This document shows, piece by piece, positions 35,102-47,921 of a DNA stretch of 64,000 nt. The notes under the pieces were generated by a model. It ran no database searches. It saw nothing but the letters and a program-made list of their open reading frames with translations, and had not been told where the DNA came from. This DNA comes from Pelomyxa schiedti (lineage: Eukaryota > Protista > Evosea): assembly GCA_020536535.1 (NCBI GenBank), contig JAHLWZ010000225.1:1-64000 (forward strand). Reading direction: 5' to 3'. A program made the translations under genes and the position numbers. How positions within the stretch are numbered: position 1 is the first letter of the stretch; every line of letters starts with the position of its first letter.

Positions 35102-36481
35102 ATGCAACTGATCGAGCGTGCCACAATTCGGGGGGATCAGCAGTTTGTTGCGCTTGCTGTGGGGAAGTGGTCGCCGCGGTGCGGGGAGCATAGCGCAGCG
35201 AGGCTCCTGACCCACCACGTCCTGGTGGAGCAGCTCGGCAAGGAGTGGATCGCGGGGGCCGCCCGCTGCTGCGTCGCGTGGTGGCACAACTACGCCAAGG
35301 GGGGCACCGCCACGGTCGCGGCGGTGCGGGTCTCCCACACCCTCGGCGTCGTCGGCGCCCCGCTGCTCCGCGACCTCGCCCCCTGCCTCGGCGGCTCCCG
35401 CCTCGCCCTCGAGTGCTGGGTGACGGGCGGGGGCGGGGGCCTCGGCGGGGGGCCCCAGGGCGGCGGGCGCCTGCGGGCGGTGGCCGCGGCCGCCGAGGAC
35501 ATGCACTTGATGGACGTGGAGTCCGGGCGGCTGCTTGCCACTCTTGTGGGGAGGGGCAGGGGCTCGGTGGTGGCGAACAACAGGTGGGTGGTGCAGTGCT
35601 TCCCGCCGAGCTTCAGCGACGATAGGAGCCCGGACAACAATCTGAGAATATGGAAGCTACCCACGGCTCATTCTTGCTCATGTTCATCGTCATCGTCATC
35701 TTCTTCTTCGTCGTCGTCAACATCAACATCAGAAACTACTGCAGATAGTAGTAGCGTGCTGGTAGCAAAGATGGCGTCTGTCGACCCTGAAACACTGAGA
35801 ATTACGGCGAGTTGGATGAAGTTCGGCCACAGATACACTGCGTCATGCAATTGTGAGGATGGTCCTTGCGATGAGCTTCTGGTGTTTGGAATAACCCGCC
35901 TAGCCAGCCTAACATACCCCATCACATTTGGAGTCCTGCTGGATATAAACATAGCCAAGACGTATGCAAGTGGCGTTGCTGTTGTGAAGGAGGTTGCGAG
36001 GTACCCCCTGCCCAGGTGGCCCTCTGTTGTGCAAAACGTGTTCTGTGATGAAGACGGAGTAAGGGATGTTATCTGCATCAACAACTCTGATGAGGGCACA
36101 CTGCTGATGGACCCACAGGGCGTAACAACCACACTCCCTTGTCCTGGTACTTGTCTGGCTGCCGTTGATGACCGCCACTTGTTTTACAAATCCAAGTCGA
36201 CTACTCCCAATACAATCCGGGGTACTGGTTATTCTTCAACTTCTTCTTGCTTCATATACAACACTGTGCAACCACACAGAACCCCAGTGTGTGTGCAGGT
36301 TCCGCATACCACCCTCCCTATACTCTCTTCCTCCGGAATTTTTATGCTCTCCTGTTCAGTAGGAGACAAGGAGGAAGCAAACAGATTGGTGATGATGGAT
36401 GCTTTGTCTGGGAGGATATTCCTCCAGACACAGAAATCTCTGACTGCCTCCTTTTTAAACGTGAATTTCCTATGCTTTTAA
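35102..36481 (+). CDS. Intronless orphan-family protein (459 aa) with N-terminal DQQFVALAVG..PRCG..S motif; beta-rich C-terminal part
   Basis: Single long ORF, GC-rich 5' half, internal poly-Ser tract. Function not recognised. Confidence 0.75.
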   Translation: MQLIERATIRGDQQFVALAVGKWSPRCGEHSAARLLTHHVLVEQLGKEWIAGAARCCVAWWHNYAKGGTATVAAVRVSHTLGVVGAPLLRDLAPCLGGSRLALECWVTGGGGGLGGGPQGGGRLRAVAAAAEDMHLMDVESGRLLATLVGRGRGSVVANNRWVVQCFPPSFSDDRSPDNNLRIWKLPTAHSCSCSSSSSSSSSSSSTSTSETTADSSSVLVAKMASVDPETLRITASWMKFGHRYTASCNCEDGPCDELLVFGITRLASLTYPITFGVLLDINIAKTYASGVAVVKEVARYPLPRWPSVVQNVFCDEDGVRDVICINNSDEGTLLMDPQGVTTTLPCPGTCLAAVDDRHLFYKSKSTTPNTIRGTGYSSTSSCFIYNTVQPHRTPVCVQVPHTTLPILSSSGIFMLSCSVGDKEEANRLVMMDALSGRIFLQTQKSLTASFLNVNFLCF

Positions 36482-36603
36482 ATCAAACCACTGTAACCCG
36501 TGACTGTCAATTCGCCTATCGACGTTCGGGGAATTCAGCTGAACTCCAAGAAGAGTTCTCACCTTAACTTGGAATTAGGGGAACCGTTTTCAGGCCTTTT
36601 TAA

Positions 36604-37198
36604 ACGCAACCCATCCGGACAACAAACAAAACAACCACTACTTCAACAACAGAGGCGGTTCCCACGACAGTTCGATGCCCAGCGTCACACATGTGCATGT
36701 GGAGTGGCATAGAGGCTGATTTGGACGCACACCTGGCAGAGTGCCCACATGCCACCGCGAACCCGAAAATCGATTTTCAAGTACCTCCTCGACCAGAACA
36801 GGAAGCTCAAGGAGACGAACGCCAGGCTGGAGGAGCAGAACACCAGGCTTGGCGATCAGATCAGCAAGTCCACGGTCAACCTGCAGTTCATTACTTTGTG
36901 GAGGGAAAGTCCTTTGGATTCTCTCATGTGTGCTGCATCCGCTTGTGCCCAGGTGACACATGTGGCACAGAGCAAAACGACAGAGTTAGCTGGAATTTGG
37001 ATGGAACTGGTGGATACTGCACAGGGTGTAGCTGTGACCAGGAAAGATTTAAAAAACTCATATGTTGGGTTTAAGGGGCTAGAGAGAGTAAAGACTTTCT
37101 TTTTACAAAACTTGTGCCGAAGTAGATCAGATTTGGATAGTGACCACCACTTTGTGGGGTGTGCTGGGGTGTTGATGGTTGTTGTTTTACTTGTGTAG
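36604..37198 (+). pseudogene. TRAF/SIAH-type zinc finger plus coiled-coil fragment with a frameshift
   Basis: VRCPASHMCMWSGIEADLDAHLAECPH in one frame continues as SIFKYLLDQNRKLKETNARLEEQN in the next; the break is near the A4 run at 36766-36769. An in-frame stop lies upstream at 36601. Confidence 0.5.
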
Positions 37199-37518
37199 TA
37201 AGGGAGAAAGAAGCCCGAATACTAAGCACAAGAGTTTATTGTTTATTACTTTGTTGCTTGAGTAACTACAATGACGTTGTTCCTAAAGGCACTAGAATCA
37301 GTTCAAGGTGTCCCCTGAATCTCCCTCCCAGGGTAACAGATTCCCGGTAGTTTTCCCAGACATCCATCAGTGATTAGAACCGGACTTGTAAACCTCGGGG
37401 CAAGGTTTTTGGGTTCTCAGCCAGACCACCTCTAGGCCTTGACAACAACGTTTTTTTTTCTTTATGATGCTTACATTTTATTGGTGACAAACAGGAGGAA
37501 ATTAGACTGCGGGTTGGG

Positions 37519-38815
37519 TCAGTTGAGAAGGGGTTTTTCTTTCTTCCTTGTGTTTTCCTCAGTAAGAGGTTTCCATGTTGCAAATATGATGAGAACTGCC
37601 GGAACGAGATCAAACATGAATATATAGCAGAACTTGAGGGCGGCAATGGCAGATGACTCTGACTCGTCACCTATAACAAAGGTGATAATTAGAACCAGAA
37701 TTCCTCTAGCTATAAAAACAGAGCTGAAGATGGCTGCTAAGATAATTATCTAAGGTACAGTGAGTGGGGACTATTTTTGCAGTGCAATTGTGGTAACCAC
37801 ATAGTGGATAAGCTTGGGAAGAGGAATACTCACTTGGCGAATGACTTTAGAACGCATTCTGTGCACAGTAGCTCTGTTACGATTGAGGAGGTAACAAAGG
37901 CAGCACCCAAGAATCACATAGCCTGAACGAACAGTTTCAGCCCGTTAATGACAAAAAAAGCAGGTGCGACCTGTGCCCAGAGTAATATCCAAAGTGGAGT
38001 TGAATATTGCTTCAGTGTGATGGTAAATGGTTGTGTGACCCTCATCAATAAACATCAAAAAGCAAAGAAGAAGCCAAATCGAGTACATTATAATATTCAG
38101 TACAATGTGAAGCTACGACTGTGAGTGAAATATATCATTTCTTCATGAAAGGGTTACAAGTAATACCTTGAGAGTGAGTGAACGCTTTTGCTGCTTGGAT
38201 AGAGATGGGACAATGAGCCAGATCCAGAAACAAAAATTCAAAGAATAGGCAGTAAGAAAAATATACCCAGGGAGGCTCTGTATTGCAAAAGGGAATAAAA
38301 AATTTCCCTTATATATTTCAGCATATTATTAGTCCACACCACAAACAAAACACACCGACAGAAGTGTTTGAAGAGGCTTTTGTTCACCCCAACTCAATTC
38401 AAAGTAGTGGTCCGAGTATATTGACATTTCCAAACCACGGCCTTGGGATGAAACATAAACAACTTTTTAAAAGGAGGGTTCTAAAGAGACATACTTAATA
38501 AAGGCAGTGGAATCAGTAAGTGAGTTCCCTTTCTCACTGAAAATCCCGGCGGCGCCGCCTCGAGGAAGAAAACATACACAACTCCTTTTTTTTTTAAAAA
38601 AAAAAGTTACCAGATGAACGGACCAAAAAAAAAGTCACAGTACTGGCAACGGCAAACAAGAACGTGATGTAAAACAGGGCCACGGTCGTCCACAGCATCG
38701 CCAACTCCCACGTCGCTGTAGGTGCGAACGAAAACAACGACGAGTCACTGGTAGAGTTCACTGCTGACGACGACGAGGACAACGCCAACGGTGCCCTCAG
38801 TACCAACCCACACAT
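37519..38815 (-). CDS. Multi-pass (7TM-like) membrane protein, THH1/TOM1/GPR137-like
   Basis: Hydrophobic exons: LWTTVALFYITFLFAV, SLPGYIFLTAYSLNFCFWIW, IIILAAIFSSVFIARGILVLII, FMFDLVPAVLIIFATWKP. Confidence 0.6.
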
Positions 38816-38928
38816 CGCGCCGATGCAAAAAAGGTTAATTACAGCGAAATTACGGCGAAAACTTCCCGCTTCGTTTCGGAAAACGAAGATCAATCGAATT
38901 TCGAACCCAAGTTGGGGCCCAAGCTGCC

Positions 38929-41900
38929 ATGACGAGCAACGGAAACAGCAGGAACAGTAAAGCCAACAACAACAAGAGTAACATTTTCGGGCGCAACGTG
39001 GTTTCTTCTGTGGAGGTTATTCACCAAGTGCTGCTACACAACTTTACATTAAAAATTCCGAAAAGATTACCAGAGCCACACGAAATCCATTGTCTCAACA
39101 CATTCGCGCTGAATGGTATTTCTTTCTTTCTTCTTCTTTTTTTTTTTCTTTTTCGTTTGAAAATCCTCAACTTATGTGCGTGCTAGTGGGTTTGGACCAA
39201 GGCCTGGAACATGCTCTACTTGTAAAGGGGACTCTTCAGATGAGTCTGACAGCTTTCCTATGCCAGCAGAGTCAATAAAAGTAGCCCCTTTAGAATGAAA
39301 TTTTTTTTTTTTTAACTCCCTTGTGCAGAAATTTATACCTAGGCAGACGCAAACACGTGGACCATCATCCAGGATTTCAAGGGTTCCACAGGTGCTAAAC
39401 GCACACGTTGTTAGACATACTCCCACAGATACCACTGAACAGCTACCAGCTCAAAACCAACATCCACAAACGCAACTACCTTCAGGGTGTCAAACACAAC
39501 ACCCCACCCATCCCCAGCAACAGCAAGCACAATCACAGTTGCAATCACAGTCACTCCTACAGAGACGCCCGAAGCAGCAAATAGGGTTACAGGAACAACG
39601 CCAGCAAATACTAGGAATATCGGAAACAATTAAAGATCACATCCAGTCGCAGGCTTGCTCTCTGTCACCCAATGGCAATGCGGCATCTGGTGGAAGTGTA
39701 ACTATCCAGACAGAACCAAGAAAAATTCAAACAGAATGTCTCCCTGCCAGGGAGGTTGTAGATAACCTCAAATTAGTGCCTGGCCGTCAAGTTGGTACTC
39801 TATCTAAAATTCATCAAATCTTTACTCAAGAATGTAAGAAAATATTGTAGAAGGCTCTAAATTGGCGTCACATGTTATGGTAGACACCATTTTTTACACA
39901 AGAATAACCCAACAAACAAAAAAAAAAAGTTGTCCCTCCCTCCTCCTCCTGAAACAGTTTTTGGTGAATCTGTTATGCGACACACACCTGAACCAACTCT
40001 TTCACACACTGAATCAACAGAACCAGCGATACAATCACCCCCAATGTAACCTGTTTCTCTCTCTGTTCATTAAATTTACTTTGCAGAAAGCGGTGTGTGG
40101 TTGTGAAGAAAGTGATCCCCAGTGAGGTGAGAAGTTGAGTTATTGAAATGAATTAACTTGCTTCCCCAACAGAAGAAGGCTCAAGCCACGCCTCCCTCCC
40201 CACCCGTTCTTCCCACAACTCCTTATGTCACAATAATCTCAAAGCAACGGGAAGAACAACAGCAAATTAATGATGCTGCCAATCGATTACTCTCAGATTA
40301 CTTCAAACAGAGTAGAACGGAAAAGGTTTCTCTCAACCCCTCTAGTTCACACTCTAATTTCATTTAGAATAGTTTTAGTACCCCTCTTACTGGTAATATT
40401 TATTGTCCAGTTCCCTTCATCACTGACTATGGCATACAAAAAGGGCAGTTATCTGAAGAGCACGGAGCAATAACAAGCAGTATTGGGGAATTTGACCCCA
40501 CCCCCATCCATCAGCTGATAGCCACATGCCGCAAAGAAAAAAATAAGTTTGACAACGAATGGCTCTCAACAGAGTGTGCAATAGCTGACAGTGTAAGAGC
40601 ATCTGAGATTGAGGAGGTCATTCAAGCAGATGAGCATTTGTGTACTGTGCAGCTTAACATGGAAGTACTGAAAGATAAAGTAAAGCGAGTAGTGGATAGA
40701 GCTGTGAAGACCTGCCAAAATCCACACAGTCCCTTGTTAACAGAACCTCCGCCATTCAAGTATGTATACGGTAGTGTATGATTAATGAACGCTCGCAGGA
40801 TATCCATTTTACCTTCAACTCGCGTTGCAATGTCTTTTGAAACAGATAAACGTCAACCACAAAGTGCTAGAAACATCAAGTCTGTTTCTTTGTCAGTCAA
40901 TTTCCTCCTTACAATATTAGGCTCCATTTCCCTACAGATATTATTCCTAAGTATCAGTAAAGAAACGACAAGTTTTAACCCACCACAGAAAGAATCCTGA
41001 AAAGAAACCTGTTGCAATAAGAGCTAATCGATCACATGTGCGCCACCACCATGTTAGAATGACTAAAACAATTTCAGGTGAAACCTCCTACTGTCTCACG
41101 TGTGTGGGACCACCTGCTAAGTCAAAAGGAATTTATGGATGCACCTAAGAAGCCCAAAGTCCCATTGCCACAATCTCTGACGTCTTTATCTGCATTTCAA
41201 AGACATTACCCTACAATGAGGTTAATTATGTCAAAAATGAAAGACTTAATAATGGAAATTAGAGCTATCAGCAAATCCGATAATGATACTCAAACTCTTC
41301 CTGAGCAGCAGGATGCTTCCACTTCCACTAGTTTAAAACAACCAACCCCACCTATTCCTGAAGAAAGAGATCTTGAGCAAGAACAAGACAATTCTAGAAA
41401 TAGTAAATCCAGCCGAAATACTACAGCAAATGAGAGAGTTACTCCTAACTTTCTCTCCGAAGTACAACAAGCCCTAGATAAATCTCCTGCTAGCGACTCT
41501 GTGACTCGCATTGAACCCCCAGTTGTATTCACTCTTCCAAAGGACACTGAAAAACTTAAAGAAGAAGCTCGTAGAGAGTATCTAAAAATAGTTGGTACGT
41601 TTACTTCTATGTTAATTTCTCTAAGTCTGGTAGACTCCAGGCCAAACCCAAGAAAGCAGGTCTTTATGCAGTTGTATTGACCATATACCAATCCTTGCAC
41701 AGATTCCATTTGTGGAAGGGTTATCCTTGTTTAATGTGTCAGCTGAACCTGACCAAGAAGCTGAGAAGCCTCCCATATCTACTGCCTCAGAACTCCGTTC
41801 TCATGTTACCTTCAAATTCTGAGTTGAAAACTCATCCAAACAAATAGGTTCTCGACCCCCACACAAAGCAGGCAATTGGTGATGAGATAAGAGATGCTTT

Positions 41901-44016
41901 GACACAGAAGAATAATCTGGATGGTACTTTCTTTCTTGAATCTAATAACTTACCATCCTGGATCCCAGACTCAACTCAAACTCGATCACAAACAATGGAA
42001 AAATCAATACTGCCCTCTCCACGCGATAATACTCTACGTGAACGGGAACGACAGCTTGAAGACCTAAACAAACAGCAGCAACAATTATTAGAGCAACAAC
42101 GACTTCAGCTACAACTGATGGAACACCAGGGACAGCAGATGATGCAAGAAAAAATTCAGCAACAGCAGCAACAGCAACTCCAACAACAACACGATATACT
42201 GCAACAGACCCAGCAACGACAACAACAGAGGGAACAGGAACAACAACAAATTCAACAGCAATTGCATCAGCAACAACAGCAATTACAGCAACAGCAACAA
42301 GAATTATTGCAGCAGCAGCTCAAACAGCAACAACAACAGCTCGAAGAACAGCAAAAGCTTATGAAACAACAGCTGCAACAACAATTAGAAGAACAGCAAC
42401 GGCTGCTCCAACACCAATTGCAGCAACAGAATGAACACCTCAAGAATCAATTGCCTCAAGCTCCAGTAAATCAGCAACCCCAAGTACCTTTGCAATTTCA
42501 GACTATTCCCATCCCATATCCAGTACCTTATCCAATCTCACAACCACAACCCCCACAACCTCCACCGCCACCTCCGCCACAAACCCCGCAACCGCCAGCA
42601 CCAACACCAACACCAGTACAGCCGCCGACTCAACCAGCACAGGCGCCTTTGCAACCAACACCTACATCACCAACACCTCACCGAGTATCAACTCCACCCA
42701 CACCAGAAGAGGAAAAAAGCCACGCATCTATCATACTGTAAGGCTACAGTAACTGACTATCTTTACCTCTATTTATTTCTATTAACAGACCATATGACCA
42801 CACACCACCGACAAGTCCTATGCACCCTCTTCCTACAGTAGAGATGACAATCCACTCCACACTCTCTCTCGGGACCCTTTCTGATGGTGAAATTGACGGC
42901 CCTAACCTGGAAAGCTTTATGAGTGATGGAGAGGTAATTATGCTTCCCAGAAAAGGTGTGAAACAAATATTCATTCCTGGTTTTTACCTCTATCAAGGGG
43001 AAATTCCACAGCCGAGTGGGATAGCGGAGGTGTGCCCCCACCGTGATAAAAAGCCTCAAATAACTTTATAACAACAAATACAGCTTTTACACCTGAAAAG
43101 ACCAAATTCTCCAGGCCAACTTACAGTCACTACAAGGTTGCAACAATTCTTCTTCCTTTTCCCACTAATGTGGAGTACGGTTAGTATTCCGGAAACTTCA
43201 CAGCACAGTGATGGTGAAATAAGTGGCACTCTAACCGACCAGAGTCATTTATGTAATGAACCTACCTCTGAAGGAGAAAATTGCCCTGGAACTGAAAACA
43301 TCACTGAACCACCGACTCGGCCGCAACCCGCACCACGGACAGAAGATAACTCCAATACCAGCACAGGAAATGCACAGACCAGTACCGGAAACGAAAATAT
43401 TTCAGCGGCGGCACCCAAAGGTGTTACCACGCCAACAACGGCAGGAACGGCAGGTGCCTTAGTTTTAAGCAGCCGTTCGCAATCTGTCAGGTCATCAGCC
43501 GGTTCCGCTTCCGTTCCAGTCATTGATGTTGATATCGATGACCACACACAGCACACACAGTCAGCAGAATCCAACACACCCAACGGAACCATTATGGCCC
43601 CACAGCCCACAAACAGCAACAACATTGACATTCCTGATGGTGAGGATGATGACTATGGTGATGATAAGGAAGAGGAGGGGAATGTAGATATAGATAAAGA
43701 AGAAGACAAGACACATGAAAGCAGTGGGGTACTACTTGCCACCACGTCCACAGTTGCAACTGAGGGGGATAAAAATAGCAACAACGATGTTCTGGCTTCA
43801 ATAGAAAGAGTTCTATCTTCCCAACCAACAGACAACACTGACAGACCAGATGACGAGGATGATGACAAAGAATCAAAGGTAACATCCAACTATGAACTCA
43901 GCAAAACAACAGGGAAGGAAAAAGCCAGCAGCAGTGGGGGTGCTTCCAGCCTGGATTCACAACAGGACGCACTGTTACAAGCAGAGCACCTTGAACATAG
44001 TGATAGCAGTGAATAA
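38929..44016 (+). CDS. Large low-complexity/coiled-coil protein with repeated S-D/E-G-E motifs; possibly TALPID3-like basal-body protein
   Basis: Multi-exon; polyQ coiled coil (42050-42430), Pro-rich block, LSDGEI/MSDGEV/QGEI/HSDGEI/TSEGE motifs and an acidic disordered C-terminus. The family call is inference. Confidence 0.55.
42049..42430 (+). repeat. Coding CAA/CAG-rich polyglutamine coiled-coil tract
   Basis: Dense CAA/CAG codons in ORF 41899-42741. Confidence 0.85.
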
Positions 44017-44122
44017 ATTACCAAAAGAAGTAAGAGGTGTAAAAAAAAAAAACTTTTTGGGTTTTTTTTCCTGTTGGGTGGGGATGTCTCAGAGTAAATA
44101 CAATAGGGAGTATAAAACAAAA

Positions 44123-47100
44123 TCAAACAGAGTCATCAGCAGGACGCTGGAATGAGGTACGGGTGTTGTGAGATAGGCTGTTGCCTGAGGATGTAGTTTT
44201 AGATTGTGTGGTGGTGAGAAGTGTTGCCCATCGTTTGGAATTGTCTTGGAGATTGTGGTGTAGTGTATCGGCGAAGCCCGGAGGCAGAATTTGTGATACG
44301 ACTTCTACAAAGGGTGTTTCAACAAAGTCGATGAATGTGGATTGTGCTTTAGCGATATTCTGTTGTGCATTCAGGATAGAATATCACAAAGGGGGTGGCA
44401 AACTTACTGTTGTTTTCCGATCCATAAAAGGGGAAATAGGCAATCCGTTTTCTCTTTCGTGCTCTCCTTGTTGGAAGAATTCCTTGTTGTGTCAGCCTTT
44501 AGTTTGAAAAAGAATCTGAAAATACATACTTCCATCACACACTCTGCCCAGGTCTGGGCAACAGACCACTTTCTAATTGCATTGCTAATATCGGCTAATT
44601 TTAATAAAATTTTCAGACATAACTCTCGTTCTGCCTAATTTTCTGTTAGGTTTTTGTGAAAACACAGAAATAAACCTGTTTAGTATAGTCTAATTCATGA
44701 GAACTGGCACGAATGGCCTTCAATTGACCTATGATCTCGATGTGCTTAGACATGTCTTGCCAGAAATGAGTTCTAACAAATGATGAGGGGAAGTCAAACC
44801 TGTACTCAAAACCAGAGCCACCACAAGTCGATGGAAATCTTGGATTTGGGCCTGGGTTTAAAGTGACCGGGAGAAAAGTATGGTTAAATGAAACCTTTGG
44901 CCAGGCGGCAAGGAAATTGATTTCTGGACGAGAAAAAAGCAAATTAAATGCTTCAGATACATGCATGCTTTCCAGAATCTACTAGCTCATAAGAATTGAG
45001 ATATTGTGCTAAGTTCATACAGATATGCCATTATACTTAAGGGCAAGAGCATCAAGAGATGCATATAGAAAGCCATTATTCACTCCTGGATGCAAGTAGT
45101 CGTGAATCTAAGAATGGTAAAAAAGAAAAGAAAACAACTGAGGAAGTGGATACAAATGTCGAAAAAATGGCCGCAAGTAACTCTGTGTTGGTGAAGTGGT
45201 GTGGACCCACGGCCTGCAGTAGAGAGTGCATTGCCTGAGCTACATCCACGGCATGTACAGCGGTATGGTAGGGATTTTTCTTGAAGTATCCAGCTTCCAC
45301 TTGTTGAAAATAGGACATAACTTTGTCCAGTTCAAAATGGAAAAAGTCAATGAGTCCATATTCTTTCAGCAAGTGTGTAGCAATGGTAGAAAATACAACA
45401 TTGGTTTGTTGCCCAACAAACATTTTGGCAACATCAAAGTCCCACGAGGAAAAACCACGTGGAAGAGATTCCTCCATGGATGATGTACCGCTGCTCTTCA
45501 TTAATATGGAACAAATCACTAAGTGACGATTACATTGTTGACAGAGGCACCCCGGGACCTGTCGGCTCGGAGGGACCACCAGTCGCTCCCAATAGTGTTG
45601 TTAGTACATAGAGATCTGTCTCTGCATCCAGCTCTGAAAAGGAGAGTGAGTTGCTTTGAGCTCAAAGTTTATGACGTGAAACCTCCTAGTTGCTTTTTTG
45701 ATATGAAATCAGCTTTATATAACTTGTTGCTTGATATAATGCCAACAATTTCCATGATTTTTTTCTTGTGAATTTCTGGGATTTCTAAAAGCTAGTTAGA
45801 CAGGTTTTTGCGTGCTCATAGGAATACTGGAAACTTTGTTGAGTGCCATTAGTTCTTTTATCACGTATTCAGCAGGGGTGCCAAGAAGTGTCCCACTTCC
45901 CCTCTCAAAAAGGTCTACTTTTTCAGCTAGAAGAGAGGCCTTCAGAAAGTTAGATGTTACAACAACGGAATGGTAGTGTGCCTTGTTTTTATATCTCACA
46001 GAAACCACAGTAAGAATTCCTACTACAGCCACCAATACAACCACAAATGCTGCGGGAATGGCAACGACAAGTGGAATAATAGAAGTTGCTGATTTAAAAT
46101 AGGACTCTGGGGTTCCAACACACAAGATCCAGGGCGTGTCGGTGACATTCGTGTATGTGATAACAAAGCGGGTGTCATTAAGACTCAAGGTGACATAACA
46201 AAAAGAACAGTTCAGGTTTGAGAGAATCTAAAAGGGGTACTGAGGAGAGAAAGAGAAAATGAAATTTAAATACATTACTAAAATTGGCTGATGCCTGTGC
46301 AATAGTGTAGGATCTGGAAAGGTTTCGTGCTTCTCCAAAAATAATTGGATAAGCTATTGTGGAGCCAATGACAAAGCCACCATCTGAAAGCATCAAGAAA
46401 GAGAATTGCCCGGAAACTAAGGGGAAAGACTCCAGTATTGTTTCTGTGGATTTCAAAGACATCATCACTAAAGTCCCCATAATGAATGTATTTCCTTCCC
46501 AAATGGGGTATCCAATGCCAACTTCTACGGCTGGTGGAATTCGTTAGTTGAAGAATGAACAAGATGCATATAGATACCTTGAATAAGAGAAGAATAAAGG
46601 GGATCTCCGTAAGAGGCTGTCTCTAATGAATTTTCCTTTGGTGCTACTAATTTCCAAAAGGGGTTTCTCTCCATTCCCAAGTCGGCAATCGTGATACCGT
46701 AGGGTGCAAGAGAACCTGATAAGACAAGTACCCTTCAACAGCAGTTAGTACAATACAAAATTGAAGGGCACTGTGACCTTAGCCATTCTTCTGTACCCAA
46801 AGCCCAAGAGATACTTTCAGGAATGTGAGCGCAGTACGAAGGAGCAAGTATTTCAAGAATACGCGAGAGTGCGAGATATGAAGTAGCATTACAAACGGCC
46901 TCACAGCTAGAACAAACAGTTTGCCCTTAAAAAAAAGGTTCAGCACGAACTGATAAACAATTGGACCCAACCAGGAAAAAATTTGTTGCAATAATCAAGC
47001 CAAGAGGTATTGGAAGGCAGACAAGGACAATAGGGGAAGTTCGAAGGAAGACTAGGAGGTTCTTCGTTATCCACTGTTACTATGAACTAAATTCCATAAG

Positions 47101-47596
47101 TTGTGCCACGCATTACCAGAAGTCGAGAGTCACCTCAGATCTCCTATCAGAATTCTCGTCTACAAGCATGCCCCATGGATAAGTGCCACTGGTATCCACC
47201 ACTTTGGTAAGACTTGTCAACTCCACGTCAGAGTTGCCGGTCCAATCAAGAACTCTCTCCTCACGAATAACCCTTGCGGTAATTCTGAGAACCTTTTTGT
47301 TTCCCATGAGAAACCGAAACACAACAGAAAACTAACTCACAGCAATGGCCGTACTGAAAGCAGGTGAAATTTTACCAGACAAAGCCAACGTAGATTCCAT
47401 CATGTAGTCCACTCGACTCCTGGCAGTTAAAATGAGCAAAACCAACGGATTGAAAAAAAACGACAAGCTGTTTGACATACTCCTCCAGACCAGAACAAAC
47501 ACAACAAGAGATCAAACAAGCAATAAGAAGGTGCCACAACCAAAGATGCTTCCCTAACGCCCCCTTGCCGGGGCGGGACAAACCTACACCAATCAT
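44123..47596 (-). CDS. Receptor-type class I cyclic-nucleotide phosphodiesterase: signal/TM - dCache-like sensor - TM - PDEase_I
   Basis: PDE: NPYHTAVHAVDVAQAMH, IIHDYLHPGVNN, ILESMH, LSTDMSKH, LADISN, EFFQQGEHERENGLPISPFMDR, QSTFIDF. Cache-like: IGYPIWEGNTFIMGTLVM, FSFLMLSDGGFVI, YTNVTDTPWILCVGTPESYF immediately before the TM. Confidence 0.85.
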
Positions 47597-47921
47597 TTTT
47601 TTGTTCTTTTCTGCTTTTAGTTTTTCACTTAAACTCGAGGTTAAAATTTCTTCACGACTGTCTCGGTTAAATGCATGCAACTCAACAATCACTTAAATAG
47701 GATCTTAGCCGAAAAGTGTTTCCTCGAGCACATACATTCTCATCATTGAATCTGGGGTGTGGGAGGGGTGTTTTCCATGCCAAGCAAACACAAAAAGCGT
47801 GCTTCTGCGATTCGAGCCGTTGAGAAATTTGATGGCGATCGTATTGGGAACTTGTTACTCTTGCAATTTGGTGGTTTTTGGCAGACTGACCGGGGAGGTC
47901 AAAAAAAATCTCCAAAAACAC

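Noticed and set aside
44646-44966. Apparent insertion in the PDE catalytic domain in the ORF track
   Set aside because: Removing two GT-AG introns restores a canonical sequence (FLAAWPK|AQIQDFHRLVVALVLST|DMSKH).
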